A stretch of 64,000 nucleotides of DNA from Neoechinorhynchus agilis (GCA_051530055.1 CM121343.1:7256044-7320043), one strand, 5' to 3'. Counted from the first letter of the stretch, positions 25,520-37,579 are shown. Notes: a model not told the origin generated them from the sequence alone. A program made the numbers and translations.

Positions 25520-26115
25520 ATATTTCTTGAGATCGGTTAAGAACCAGGTCGCTGAAATTTTGACCTCATTGCCAATTCTTAACATTGTTCGACACTGGCG
25601 AATGATTTAGATATACTGAGCAAATGGTCGATTTTGAATTTGGTGTTGAATTGTTTTTTTTGTCTGTGTTTGAACACGAGTTTTATCTTTTTTTGCATTT
25701 CAAAGGATACAAAATCATTACGAGAGCGTGTACAACTCAGCATAAAATTAATTAAATCACCTAGGACAATGTTTATGCGATTAGCTTCTTTTTATTAGAG
25801 TATTTGTCATTCGATAAAAGCACAATAGACACACGCAGCGGATTGCCGAGTCCTTGTCAACGCGGGTTCCGAAAACATACGAATTACTTGTAGCAATGTC
25901 ATTATCCCTTCCACTAGCTATCTTTGTTTTTCTATATCTTACGCCAGTTATATTCGTATACTGCATACTTATTACTACTACCTTTTCCTAGATTCCGTTT
26001 GCGCCCACAAATCTTTGGTTTCGTGATATCTTTATACACCACCAACCTCGAGCCTACCTGACATTTCCTTCTCGTACAGGATCACGCAGCCAACACAAAG
26101 AATTTCGACACTAAA

Positions 26116-26538
26116 ATGGTCAATCTACGAACTTCAATCATTCTAACGAACATCTTTGAACTGTGCCTCTTGCTCACTGCATTTGTTCAGATTCAATCAT
26201 GTGCGCTCGACTCGATCGCTGCATCGGTGCTTGTTTCGACAATCTATAAGCTGGCCGCAGTCACGCTTACGGTACTCGTGGCCTTCATATTGATCGAACA
26301 AGTGTTCTTTATGGATATGACTAATCAACCGTCCAATCGCTTACGTATTGCGGTTGCTTTTATCGCGAGTTTATTATTCCTATCTCTCGGAATTGTGATT
26401 TCGATCAGAGCTCATGGAATGCGCGGAGGCGAGAAACCCAGAACCAACACGATATTAGCAGCTATCCTTTCGTTCTTTACTGGAGTAGCGTTCCTTGCTG
26501 AATCTGCATTCAGAAATAAAAGGAACAAGGCAATTTGA
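26116..26538 (+). CDS. Small four-transmembrane protein, MARVEL-like
   Basis: 140-aa ORF with four hydrophobic segments and a basic C-terminus. The family call rests on size and topology only. Confidence 0.6.
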   Translation: MVNLRTSIILTNIFELCLLLTAFVQIQSCALDSIAASVLVSTIYKLAAVTLTVLVAFILIEQVFFMDMTNQPSNRLRIAVAFIASLLFLSLGIVISIRAHGMRGGEKPRTNTILAAILSFFTGVAFLAESAFRNKRNKAI

Positions 26539-27632
26539 AAATTAGAATGATTTGATGTTGTTTAGATCAAAGCGCTGATTTGGTCGCATCAATAATTCGC
26601 TAATAAAGCGTAGTTTATCTAATCAATAAAAAAAGAATCTTAGGGGAGGTCTACCGTTAACGTTGTTATAGAACGTTCCGTCTAACCAGGAGTGTTGTTT
26701 TTTAAAAAAATTGAATCCAATCCAACATTTCAGTCCTTCGCATTTTACCACATTTATTGGCGAGATTGCATTGAGCGCTAAATATCAAACAATCCACTAA
26801 GCAACTTTGTATAATTCCGGAATAAGGAATGTGACTCTTTTTGTCATTCTCAAATTTTTGTATCAGCTATTAGCCATGAAACGGACTTATTACTATTCAG
26901 AGTACTGACATTGCTTTTTCATCCATCGCGCACTTTATTATGCAGGAAATTAATAACAAAATTAAAAATATAATCTTGATTAAACGCACTTCAATCTAAA
27001 ATAATTTTATTAACAACCATGGAATGCACTTACTAGTTAATAAATACTCAAGGTGAGACAAAAATCTTAAAAGGGAACGATGATTACTTTTAATTACAAT
27101 GCTAAAAGTGGAATTTTTGAACTTCTTAATAGAAATCAGTCATTCAGAACTTATCTTACGCCGATATCGATGATACACAAATGAATGAACTTTTAAAATT
27201 CGATAATTTGTGGATATTGCGCTTCGATAATATTTGTCGATTTCGTAATGCAAATGTTGCGGAAGTTTAAATTATCAAAAATCGTGGTTAAAATTATATT
27301 ATTGTTTATCTGAAAGGCGGATTTGTAAACATTTGACTAATAAATGCTTAAAATCTACAATTTGATTTTTGTTCAAGATTTCGGCATGGAAAAAGTCCAT
27401 CGTCTTCCCGGTAACGCTAATTCGAAATTCTATTGGAATCATTTCGTTAATGCACTAATAAGTTTCAGTGCATCCATCAATGATGAGAAATAAGCTGGAG
27501 TTTAAGGAGTTCCACAAATGTAAAACTTTTTTAAGTATAACACATCGAAAGGTAATCGACGAAGTAATGATTAAAGAGGTTTTTTCGACGAGTATTGAAA
27601 ATGTCCAAGAATTCCAATTCAAAGAGACTGCT

Positions 27633-28791
27633 TTATTTGAGGAAGGGGATCATTTTGAGGACCTCACTACGGAATAGTTTTCCACTAGTGCAGTAAAGAT
27701 GGAAGTTTAGTGAGAAAGATCCAAAGTACCACAATCTGAGCATATCTAGGAACCAGTTATACGTCCAAGGTTTCAGTGGTTTTCCGCTTAGTTTCATGAT
27801 TAACATAGTGAACAACATTGCGTTATAGGGAGCATTTAAAAGTAGAAATGCGCTCGATCTTAGCAATAACATATAAGTAATTCTAGGTTGCCGATACCTA
27901 ACGACTTTCTTAGCAGCAATAAGAACACCTTGTTTTGTTGATTCCATATGAACATAAGACTTTTTCATTCGTCTAAGATCCTTTGACTTGGATCCTTTCA
28001 AAATCTTACATATTGAGGCGTTCATAAATGTTATTAGTCCACAAGGTAGCACAAATGTGAATAGACTATCGATTACGAGTAAAACTGCAAGTGCTACATG
28101 GTGATCGTTTCTGTGTACGGCAGTTTTTATTGATATTATCCAATCTTTTGTTGTTTCAACTCCTTCAACGCATCTTCCATTTTCGACGTGAGTAAACCAA
28201 AAAGCAAACGAATAGAACACAAGTCCAAACATGGTGCAGGCCATTATAATGTGAAAGTCAAATCGATTGCTGGCCCACCATCGTTTAACGGCATAAGTTA
28301 ACGGGAAGTTGGATACAATGAAAAGTCGGGTTGTAAAAATCGTGGTGTAAATTTCCTTGGCTTAAAAAAAGGTTGATTTAAAAACCCAGGAACTATGCTG
28401 CTGATAGGAAACTACTAACGTGAGTTATATACACGGAAACGGAACATACGACAGGTTTAATGATCCATTTTGATGTTTGCCGGTGAGCATCGTACCACGC
28501 CATTGATAGAGTCAATAAAAATACGAGATCACTACAGCATAGAGATATAATAAAGAGTCTTAGCCGGACATGGCGCATTGATTTCCTGCTCATTATCATC
28601 ACTGTCAGTAGGTTTCCAATACATCCAACCACGATTACGATCAAGACGTAGTAGTAACTGATCGGTGCGCTGATGTAATTAAATTGAAGGTGGCTTTTTC
28701 CATTGCTCCATGGTCTTTTCGTTACTGGATTATGGATCGCATTGAGGTCAACAGCATTTGAGGAGGAGGAGGAGAAGATTAATGCCAACAT
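27633..28791 (-). CDS. Rhodopsin-family peptide GPCR (FMRFamide/TRH-receptor-like group), two exons
   Basis: TM1 GCIGNLLT, TM2 ISLCCSDLVFL, TM3 CSVSVYITHVSSFLS, TM5 DSLFTFVLPCGLITFMN, TM6 AFLLLNAPY, TM7 SFSLNFHLYCTSGKLFR. A ~43-nt intron near 28353-28395 is required. Confidence 0.85.
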
Positions 28792-29384
28792 TGCGTTTCG
28801 CTCGTTTTCGGTTCAGTTTGAATTTAGAAGGTTCCTAAAATGGATGTAGTTCAGTGTTTGAATATTGAACTGTTCATATTGGTTGTTTTTTGGCACGTAG
28901 AAAAATTGAAATGACTTTTTTTTAAATCTCCGATTGGTTTCGGAGGCACACAATCTTGTACGCCTTTTTAGACAAGGTAAATCATTTCAATTTCTTCGCC
29001 ATAAAACAATCATGTAGTTCAGTGTCAAAAGAGAATTCTCATTAAATGACAATTCAGCCTCTCTATACTCCAACCAAATTGAAGAGAGTGGCTTTAAGGT
29101 CCATAATAAGTTTTCATTTTTGGTCGTCAAGTAAGTTTGACGGAAATATAAAGCGATTGTGTGTATATGTGAGATGATTGCTCTTCCAACCGAATTTACA
29201 AAAGCCCATGGTTGTCATGAATGTAAAACATTGAGTAACGGATAAAGGGAAATTCTAACTAGGAAACGCTTCGGTTCACATATTAACGAAAAATTGCGAC
29301 TCAATAGATGCGAATGATAGTCTAAAGGAAATCAGCTAAAAGTACTTTCTATATTGAGAATTGCATTCGGATGGTTAGATTGTT

Positions 29385-29595
29385 ATTTAGGTCGCCTGTG
29401 TCGGCAACACTCGAGGAAGATCGTTAAAGACGAATATATTTCGACTGATTAAATCAGTCATTGTCAATTCAAGGAGAAAATTCAAGTAGCTTTCCTCTGC
29501 TAACAATTGAATTGACAATGACTAGGATTCAATCAGTCGACGTATATACATTCGTCTTTAACGACCTGTCTCGGGTGTCGACAAGCGACCTAAAT
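29385..29595. repeat. MITE-like fold-back element, imperfect arms of about 90 bp
   Basis: atttaggtcgc...gttaaagacgaat...gactgatt pairs with aatcagtc...attcgtctttaac...gcgacctaaat. The 11-mer aaagtactttc occurs at 29339 and 29603. Confidence 0.88.
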
Positions 29596-30360
29596 TACAA
29601 CAAAAGTACTTTCATTACAAAAATTTGACAACTAATCCATTTAGGAGAAAGTCGCACTTACGTCGAGACATTGAATTTTCATTTATCACTGCGTGTGGGC
29701 ACCAGAGGTACTCCTAAAATGATATCTAATATTTCTGAAGGTTAAATATCGCCCCCCCCGTGAATATTGTTAACATTAATATTGTGAATTTGTCAGAGTA
29801 AAGGAGAATGAAGTAGTTCTGCATTTTAATAGAAGCTTGAAGCAGTGTTAATGCAGAATGTTAGATTTTTAGCTTGCAATGCAAATATCGTCTTGCTTTA
29901 GCGGTAATTCAAGCCTTGAGATTCTAATGGAAGACATTTGCTTAAAACATAATTGGCACGTCCATCAACTACAAATTAAAAATCTGCTTTAAAATAAGGA
30001 ATAGTAATAAGACAATTTTTTTCTGCGATACCTGTCGACACCAGTCTCGAACGTATTGGCAAAAAAAATCGAAATTTCGAAACAAAACAAGAATTGACAT
30101 CGAGAGGCTTTACGACTTTCATTAACTCGATTTTGATGATTTTATAGAACAAGAAAAATTGCTGAGCATCAACTGTGTGAAACAATGGGCAAGAAAAGCA
30201 ACAGCGAATTTTATAACGGCTAGCAGACTAAGTAAAATAGGCTAAATTTTGAGGGTACCCGATAGTAGCCATCATTAAAAACTATTTGAAAGAACTTAAA
30301 GAATTTCTCTGATTCATTGTTCGCCAGAAACCCATGCCTTCACCATTGTTATCTACTGCT

Positions 30361-30515
30361 GAAAGGGGGAAGTCATTGATAAGCCCCGCCTCCTCGGGAG
30401 GTATCCAAATATCTGGAGGGATTCGTGTAAAACTCATTACCGTATGGTTAATGGTTTAAGTAATTCAATCACTTTCCTGATCCGAGATATCGGTAGGCTG
30501 TGTGGCTAAGGAAAA
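30361..30515 (+). repeat. Solo diverged arm of the 39358-39754 fold-back family
   Basis: tcattgataagccccgcctcctcgggaggtatcc...ggagggattcgtgtaaaactcattaccgtatg aligns with tcattgatgagtcccgtctcctcaggaggtatct...ggagggattcatgtaaaactcatgaccgtatg. Confidence 0.8.
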
Positions 30516-31864
30516 TTTTTCAGTCGTGGGAAAGGACTCACTTCAGCACAGAATTAATGCAACCAGATAGTCAGACTTAATAAAAAGATAAAAATAATAT
30601 AAAAATTCAAAATGAAAAGCGTAAACAGGTTCGCAGAAGGATGCTTTTAATTTAAACATCGATATCTGAACTCTGTGAATTGATGTTTCTTTTAATTGTT
30701 CAATAATGAAATCAATTAACGTTCGAGGATATAATCAAAAATTGTTATCTCAATAATATCCATCTAAATTAGAACCTTGACATCTATCACAAGGGCGATG
30801 GAGTGTGACATTCTCCGTAAAGACGATTTTCCTAATGAATGCATTTACTTCCCAACGTGAAATGGCAAAACTATGATAGACCTTCAATCCGTTACTAAGA
30901 TTAAAAGATAAAAATAATACACCAGGACGATCGTATTTATCAGATTCCGCCTCATGTGTCGGAAACTACAAAATAAAGATCGGTATCCTTCAAGCATCCG
31001 GAAACAAATAACAAACTGTTTTGGGAGAAAATCTTTTGAACTTTAAACTTCTCTATAATATCGTTCTAAATTATCTATTTTTCCATTGGTATCTCCTCAA
31101 ATTTTGCGACAGATTGCAATAATAACACGTTTTATTGTTCAAAATAAAAAGGTGCCATGTACCTGTGAGTCTTCATGGAGACTCGAATCAAATGATAGGT
31201 TAAATGAATGTGGCTGTTGACTTTTTGGAGTGGATTACGGGTACCGTCGGGTTGGAAAGTGGCTATTCACGTCGAGGAGAGTTTGCTAGTTTAGGATAAG
31301 TAATTTTCGTTCTCTTATTGTGAAACTTAAGCGTTGTATTCGAACAATATTCGTTTGGATGCGACAGTAAAAGTTATTTTAAGAGTAAATAAACATTTGG
31401 ACGCTGTCTAAATTAAATAATTCCCATGAATCTTGATCCTGCTATGCATTAGTGATCATCAAATCATTAATAACTTTCATCGTGTCTCAGTCGCATCTCA
31501 AAAAAGCAATCCATAAATAATCATTTTTAAACTCGACAAAAGCTTGAAATCTTACTTTAAGGCCGTGCTTTAAGTCTTGCTTCCAGACATTAAAAACGTA
31601 ATATTTTTGATGCATCTTAAGATATTAAAGATTGAACTTGTGAAGTGCTCAAAATCGATTGTTAATAATACCTACTTTTTTCGACTGAATATTATAAAAA
31701 TTGACCGATTTCCTTTAAATCCCGATGCTCCCTAAAATTATCAGCCGTGGAAAAGGCAACACTTCAGCTAGACTTAAAAAGAAAAAATAAATAGTTATGT
31801 TGGAAAGTCTAAAGAATCAGTTCCTCGATTGCTTACAAAAAACAATGTTCGGTTAAAAAGTCAA

Positions 31865-33268
31865 GATCGTATTGTCTATCCTTCATGATAACACTCGGGT
31901 GAAAAGTAATCCTCTTACACCCCGAGAATCAGTTTTATTTCGTAATATTTCGTGGGCCAAACCTTTTCAAACATTGTCATCTGAAAAAAACCGAAACATA
32001 GATTGCATTAGCCTATTTCCGATTGCTCTGCATGGCTCGGGCTCGCAGGGTTGCCATTCCCGTGGACCGGGGCGCTTCATGATAACATTCGGGTGACAAG
32101 TAATCCTCTTGTGGCGATTCACACCCCGAGAATCAGTTTTATTTTGTAATATTTCGTGGGCCAAACCTTTTCAAACATTTTCATCTGAAAAAAACCGAAA
32201 CATAGATTGCATTAGCCTATTTCCGATTGCTCTGCATGGCTCGAGCTCGCAGGGTTGCCATTCCCGTGGACCGGGGCGCTTCATGATAACATTCGGGTGA
32301 CAAGTAATCCTCTTGTGGCGATTCACACCCCGAGAATCAGTTTTATTTTGTAATATTTCGTGGGCCAAACCTTTTCAAACATTTTCATCTGAAAAAAACC
32401 GAAACATAGATTGCATTAGCCTATTTCCGATTGCTCTGCATGGCTCGAGCTCGCAGGGTTGCCGTTCCCGTGGACCGGGGCGCTTCATGTTAACATTCGG
32501 GTGACAAGTAATCCTCTTGTGGCGATTCACACCCTTCGTGGGCCAAACCTTTTCAAACATTGTCATCTGAAAACCCGAAACATAGATTGCATTAGCCTAT
32601 TTCCGATTGCTCTGCATGGCTCGGGCTCGCAGGGTTGCCATTCCCGTGGACCGGGGCGCTTCATGATAACATTCGGGTGACAAGTAATCCTCTTGTGGCG
32701 ATTCACACCCCGAGAATCAGTTTTATTTTGTAATATTTCGTGGGCAAACCTTTTCAAACATTTTCATCTGAAAAAAACCGAAACATAGATTGCATTAGCC
32801 TATTTCCGATTGCTCTGCATGGCTCGAGCTCGCAGGGTTGCCGTTCCCGTGGACCGGGGCGCTTCATGATAACATTCGGGTGACAAGTAATCCTCTTGTG
32901 GCGATTCACACCCTTCGTGGGCCAAACCTTTTCAAACATTGTCATCTGAAAACCCGAAACATAGATTGCATTAGCCTATTTCCGATTGCTCTGCATGGCT
33001 CGGGCTCGCAGGGTTGCCATTCCCGTGGACCGGGGCGCTTCATGATAACATTCGGGTGACAAGTAATCCTCTTGTGGCGATTCACACCTCGAGAATCAGT
33101 TTTATTTTGTAATATTTCGTGGGCCAAACCTTTTCAAACATTGCCATCTGAAAAACCGAAACATAGATTGCATTAGCCTATTTCCGATTGCTCTGTATGG
33201 CTCGGGATCGCGGGGTTGCCATTCCCGTGCCTCGGAGTGTGAATCACCACAAGAGGATCGTATTATCT
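31865..33268. repeat. Tandem array of 204-bp and about 175-bp units (about 6.7 copies), ending in an inverted 27-bp segment
   Basis: cttcatgataac/cttcatgttaac recurs at spacings of about 196, 204, 204, 175, 204 and 177. Positions 33231-33257 are the reverse complement of the internal tcctcttgtggcgattcacaccccgag (25/27). Confidence 0.93.
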
Positions 33269-33719
33269 GTAACAATCCTTGTAGTTCAGTTCATTCCGTA
33301 ACCTAAAGATCCCAACTTATCAAATCGGCTCTCTAAGTTGCAAAAACGTTCCATTTGAATCAATAGCGGTGATTTTACGAAAATTAAAGCATTATAATGA
33401 CGAAGGGAAGAATACGTCATATAATACATCTTCTTTAACGAAATTCGTCTATTTACCGATTATTCAAGACCATTACATGAAATCGGCACTTTAATACTAT
33501 TCAAATTTCGATCAAACCTATTCAATGGAATTCACTTTTGGGTCGTAATTTCCGGTTCACTAGATTGCAACATGAATTACCATCTCTAACATCGTCGGAA
33601 ATGATAAACAAGTTTACAAGTCTTAGAAGAAAACATGATCATGTTCGGATTTAAAATACTCTCAACAACACCCGAAGGGCTGATTTTTGGGAAAAATCTA
33701 AATATAGAAATGTGAATAA

Positions 33720-34380
33720 CATGATTATTTATTAAAGACGTTTCGAACCTCGTCGGGTTCATTATCATCAGTTCTAAAATAAAAGTGGTTAAGTAATTAT
33801 TCCGCTCTCATACGCTCTTAGGGTTGATTTTGTTGTTTCATTTCGGTTAGCTATGAAGACAGAGTTTGTAACTTCGTCGGTCATTCATATCCGGTTTCTA
33901 TTCGTTGATTAAGAAGGCTTCGTTAATTAAGCATCGAAATTTATAACGTTCAATTACTAAAAATATTGTTTGGCCATAATTGATCACTGGCCACTTTGCA
34001 TCTCGTGTGGTTCAATATTCGATGCTACCACCTTCTGGGTCTTGGACCGTTTATATTCTGCTAATCTCGTCTCCCGATTCTGGCCTGTTTGTTGCTGTTG
34101 CATTGGCTACGAGAAACTTCGTAGACAACAGCTCTCTTTTCCACCTCCTGGTATTTCCGGGGGAAATGAGGTTTGATATCAGCACAGAAGGTTGAAAATA
34201 AGATTCGCATTTTACCGACAGACCGCTGTTCTTCACAATCCTTGAAATTTTGTAGCGCCAACGGTTGGTTTGTGGACCTATGTCCGGCACTCCAATGCGC
34301 AGGTCCATTCTATTCGGGCCCGTGAATGTCCCTTTTGACTGAGTGTTCCTCGCACGTAAAATTGCTCTCGCGCTGAGGTC
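33720..34380 (-). mobile_element. Degenerate Penelope-like 3' fragment (RT thumb/linker plus GIY-YIG) with a terminal hammerhead-like motif
   Basis: Frameshifted segments GVPDIGPQTNRWRYKISRIVKNSGLSVK, AVVYEVSRSQC, GQNRETRLAEYKRS...SNIEPH and ILVIERYKFRCLINEAFLI follow the order of Penelope linker and GIY-YIG motifs. Confidence 0.72.
33728..33778 (-). ncRNA. Hammerhead-ribozyme-like motif (GUC triplet) with a 4-nt insertion after A9
   Basis: Minus strand: agaa-CTGATGA-taat-GAACC-cgacga-GGTTC-GAAA-CGTC-tttaataaa. Confidence 0.62.
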
Positions 34381-35200
34381 GTCAAGTTTCCTCATTTTTA
34401 ACTCATTGAACAATGTTTGAACTCGGTTGATCTGAACATTGAACGGTGAATAATTCATATGCCATTAAAGATATGGCCAAATCAAGAACATATTTGGAAT
34501 CAAAGCATCGAGATGGACTCTATGAACGTAAACTGCAGGTCGTCAGGTTTCTTCAATTTTAACTAATTAAACAATGTTTGAACTCGGTTCATCTGAACAT
34601 TGAACGGTGAATAATTAATAAGCCATGAAAGTTACGGCCAAATCAAGAACATAATTGGAATCAGAGCGTCGAGATGAACTCTGTGAACGTAACCTGGAGG
34701 TCGTCAGGTTCGTTCATTTTTAACTCATTGAACAATGTTTGAACTCGGTTCATCTGAACATTGAACGGTGAATAATTCATAAGCTATGAAAGTTACGGCC
34801 AAATCAAGAACATATTTGGAATCAGAGCTTCAAGATGGACTCTATGAACGTAAACTGGAGGTCGTCAGGTTTCTTCATTTTTAACTCATTGAACAATGTT
34901 TGAACTCGGTTCATCTGAACAATGAACGATGAATAATTCATATGCCATTAAAGATATGGCCAAATCAAGAACATATTTGGAATCAAAGCATCGAGATGGA
35001 CTCTATGAACGTAAACTGGAGGTCGTCAGGTTTCTGCAATTTTAACTCATTGAACAATGTTTGAACTCGTTTCGTCTGAACAATGAACGATGAATAATTC
35101 ATAAGCCATGAAAGTTACGGCCAAATCGAAAACATATTTGGAATCAGAGCGTCGAGATGGACTCTATGAACGTAACCTGGAGGTCGTCAGGTTTCTTCAT
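34375..35200. repeat. 160-bp tandem array, about 5 copies, abutting the Penelope fragment
   Basis: ggtcgtcaggtttc...ttttaactcattgaacaatgtttgaactcgg recurs every 160-161 bp. Confidence 0.93.
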
Positions 35201-35315
35201 TAATGGTTGATTGAACAATTTTGTAGGATTCTTTCGGGTCGCAGCGGGAATTCAAACTATTGTAGAAGGGCATTTAATATTATAGTTGCGAAACGGCATT
35301 TTATTACTGCTGACG

Positions 35316-35908
35316 ATGTTGTTTATTAACGTTATATTTGTTTGTTTACTATATTTGGCTGAATGCGGTAATCGCGATCCACGACACTGCGAAGGTAATT
35401 GCCTCTCCCCTTGGGTCCGATGCTCTCCCTATGTTTGATTTGTTTGTGCGTGTGTTTAGTTTGCATAAAAGTACTGGAGAAATACATTGATTTCGCCAAT
35501 TCGAAGGGTTTGAATCCCTACAAGGAATCCGGATTTGAATCATTGTTTAAGGATTTGTGTAGGACATTGTCTGATAAAGAAGAACGGTTTTGTTATTACA
35601 TGGGAGGATTGGATACCTCAGCAACCTCGTTATTGAAGCACATATCGAGGCCGATGAGTTTTCAGAAACCGATAAAATCAATATGCCAACAGGATGTTTC
35701 TAAAGTTGATCAAAACGTATGTGAGTTGAGATACGAAGTGGAAATCGATTTGACAAAAATCGACCTGGATCGACTTCCTTTACGCGAATTAAGACAAATT
35801 CTCGAAAAATGGCACGAGGAATGTATTGGTTGTACAGAGAAGTCCGACTTTGTCAACCGTATCAAAGAACTCTTACCGTCGAAACTTAAACAAAAGCAGG
35901 AATTGTGA
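35316..35908 (+). CDS. MANF: MANF/CDNF (ARMET-family) ER stress protein, two exons
   Basis: Exon 1 (35316-35394) gives the signal peptide MLFINVIFVCLLYLAECG...HCE. A GT-AG intron spans 35395-35459. Exon 2 gives VCIK...LC...EERFCYYMGG...SAT...PMSF.KP..SIC...D.NVCELRY...LRELRQILEKWHEECIGCTEKSDFVNRIKEL...KQEL. It has eight Cys, a CxxC motif and a KDEL-like tail. Confidence 0.95.
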
Positions 35909-36451
35909 GAACTATGAAGAAATTTTATGCCTTTGAGTGCACGTCTCATGGCCATTAATATTGTTATTTCTAGTTTTGAACAAAGAATTACAATACCTAA
36001 GTTATAATTTGTCTTGCTGAATCGCGATTGTGAAGGCAATCAAAACAAGATCATCTTTTAGTTTTAACCTTCAACTGCTAAGGATTAATATTCTTTTTTT
36101 TGTTGGGTCACTCTTGGAAATACAGATTTTAATATTCGATAGGTTTTAATTCAGTCTTGGTCGAAATCTCGGCTCTTTCCTTGCAATCTCAAAGGTACAT
36201 GGGTCCTATTGCTTGTTATAATTTTGGTGAACATTCTGAGTTTGATTTATTATTCGCTGTTAAAGTGTTTTATTCGCAACTTCAACAATGGCTGATGAGA
36301 CGATGTTGCCTCCTTCGAAATATTTCCCCTATAAATCAAATAAGTTATGACCGGGAATAAGTTCACCAAAATTATACTTTGACTATCGATGATATTCTAT
36401 TTTAATTAACAAATAAATGCAACTCGAATATTTAAAAACTTACAAGTAATA

Positions 36452-36494
36452 ATTGACTGAAGAAGTCCAGTGTGATTGGACGAAATATTTCAAT
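36452..36494 (+). ncRNA. Well-formed minimal type I hammerhead ribozyme motif
   Basis: attga-CTGAAGA-A-GTCCAGT-gtg-ATTGGAC-GAAA-TATT-tcaat. Helix I is 5 bp (attga/tcaat), helix II is 7 bp including one G-U pair, and helix III is a palindromic ATAT. Confidence 0.8.
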
Positions 36495-36632
36495 AAAAGT
36501 GATTCTCGGATATATAATTTTTCCCCACCGCCACATACTCGTGGATAAACCCAAAGCGCATGGAATGTCCCGTTGGAATCGTTGAAATTGGACAAGAATT
36601 TTGACGTTTTGCTTATTGCACAACTCCCCTCA

Positions 36633-37292
36633 GGTATGGACGCCGCTTTTGTTGCGAATCTCAAAAGATTGTCATTTTTAGTGATATTTACGACAAACTA
36701 GATCTCTAGTGTAAAATGAAGATTCATTCCTGATGTATTAAAGCTCAAAAACGGTTTATATAATGAATATTAGAACCGGTGAGTCGGTATAGATCAGGAT
36801 TGAACATTGTAATTGGAACCGTTTTCAATAAGAAACCTTGAAATACATTCTGGTATGGACGCCGCTTTTGTTGCGAATCTCAAAAGATTGTCATTTTTAG
36901 TGATATTTACGACAAACTAGATCTCTAGTGTAAAATGAAGATTCATTCCTGATGTATTAAAGCTCAAAAACGGTTTATATAATGAATATTAGAACCGGTG
37001 AGTCGGTATAGATCAGGATTGAACATTGTAATTGAAACCGTTTTCAATAAGAAACCTTGAAATACATTCTGGTATGGACGCCGCTTTTGTTGCGAATCTC
37101 AAAAGATTGTCATTTTTTTAGTGATATTTACGACAAACTAGATCTCTAGTGTAAAATGAAGATTCATTCCTGATGTATTAAAGCTCAAAAACGGTTTATA
37201 TAATGAATATTAGAACCGGTGAGTCGGTATAGATCAGGATTGAACATTGTAATTGAAACCGTTTTCAATAAGAAACCTTGAAATACATTCTG
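36633..37292. repeat. Triple tandem duplication of about 219 bp
   Basis: ggtatggacgccgcttttg at 36633, 36852 and 37071, in near-identical copies. Confidence 0.95.
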
Positions 37293-37579
37293 TATTTTAA
37301 TTCCTTGTTTCATCGATTAGTATACGCGTGCTTGAAGTGGTACACAGACACACACAAGCAATAGATGATAGATACATCCTCGAGACTCGGCTTAAACCCA
37401 CCATTAACAGCACTAGTAGTCTGATGCTCGTCAAGTCGGAAAAGGAGAGATAATCGAGTGAAAAATAACCTCTGAATGCTAAACGGAAAACACTTTCTCT
37501 TTGTCTGGATAAAACGTCGTTCACTGCTTTCGTATACGAAAACAAAAATTTAAGTCCTTTAAATCATGAAAATCAGTGC

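Noticed and set aside
32120-32200. Minus-strand CAGATGA...CGAAATATT in the 204-bp unit as a hammerhead
   Set aside because: The core has A at U4, and the intervening sequence does not form helix II.
36285-36330. CTGATGA...GAAATATT as an independent active ribozyme
   Set aside because: Helix II and helix I barely pair. Kept only as a degenerate partner of the 36452 motif.
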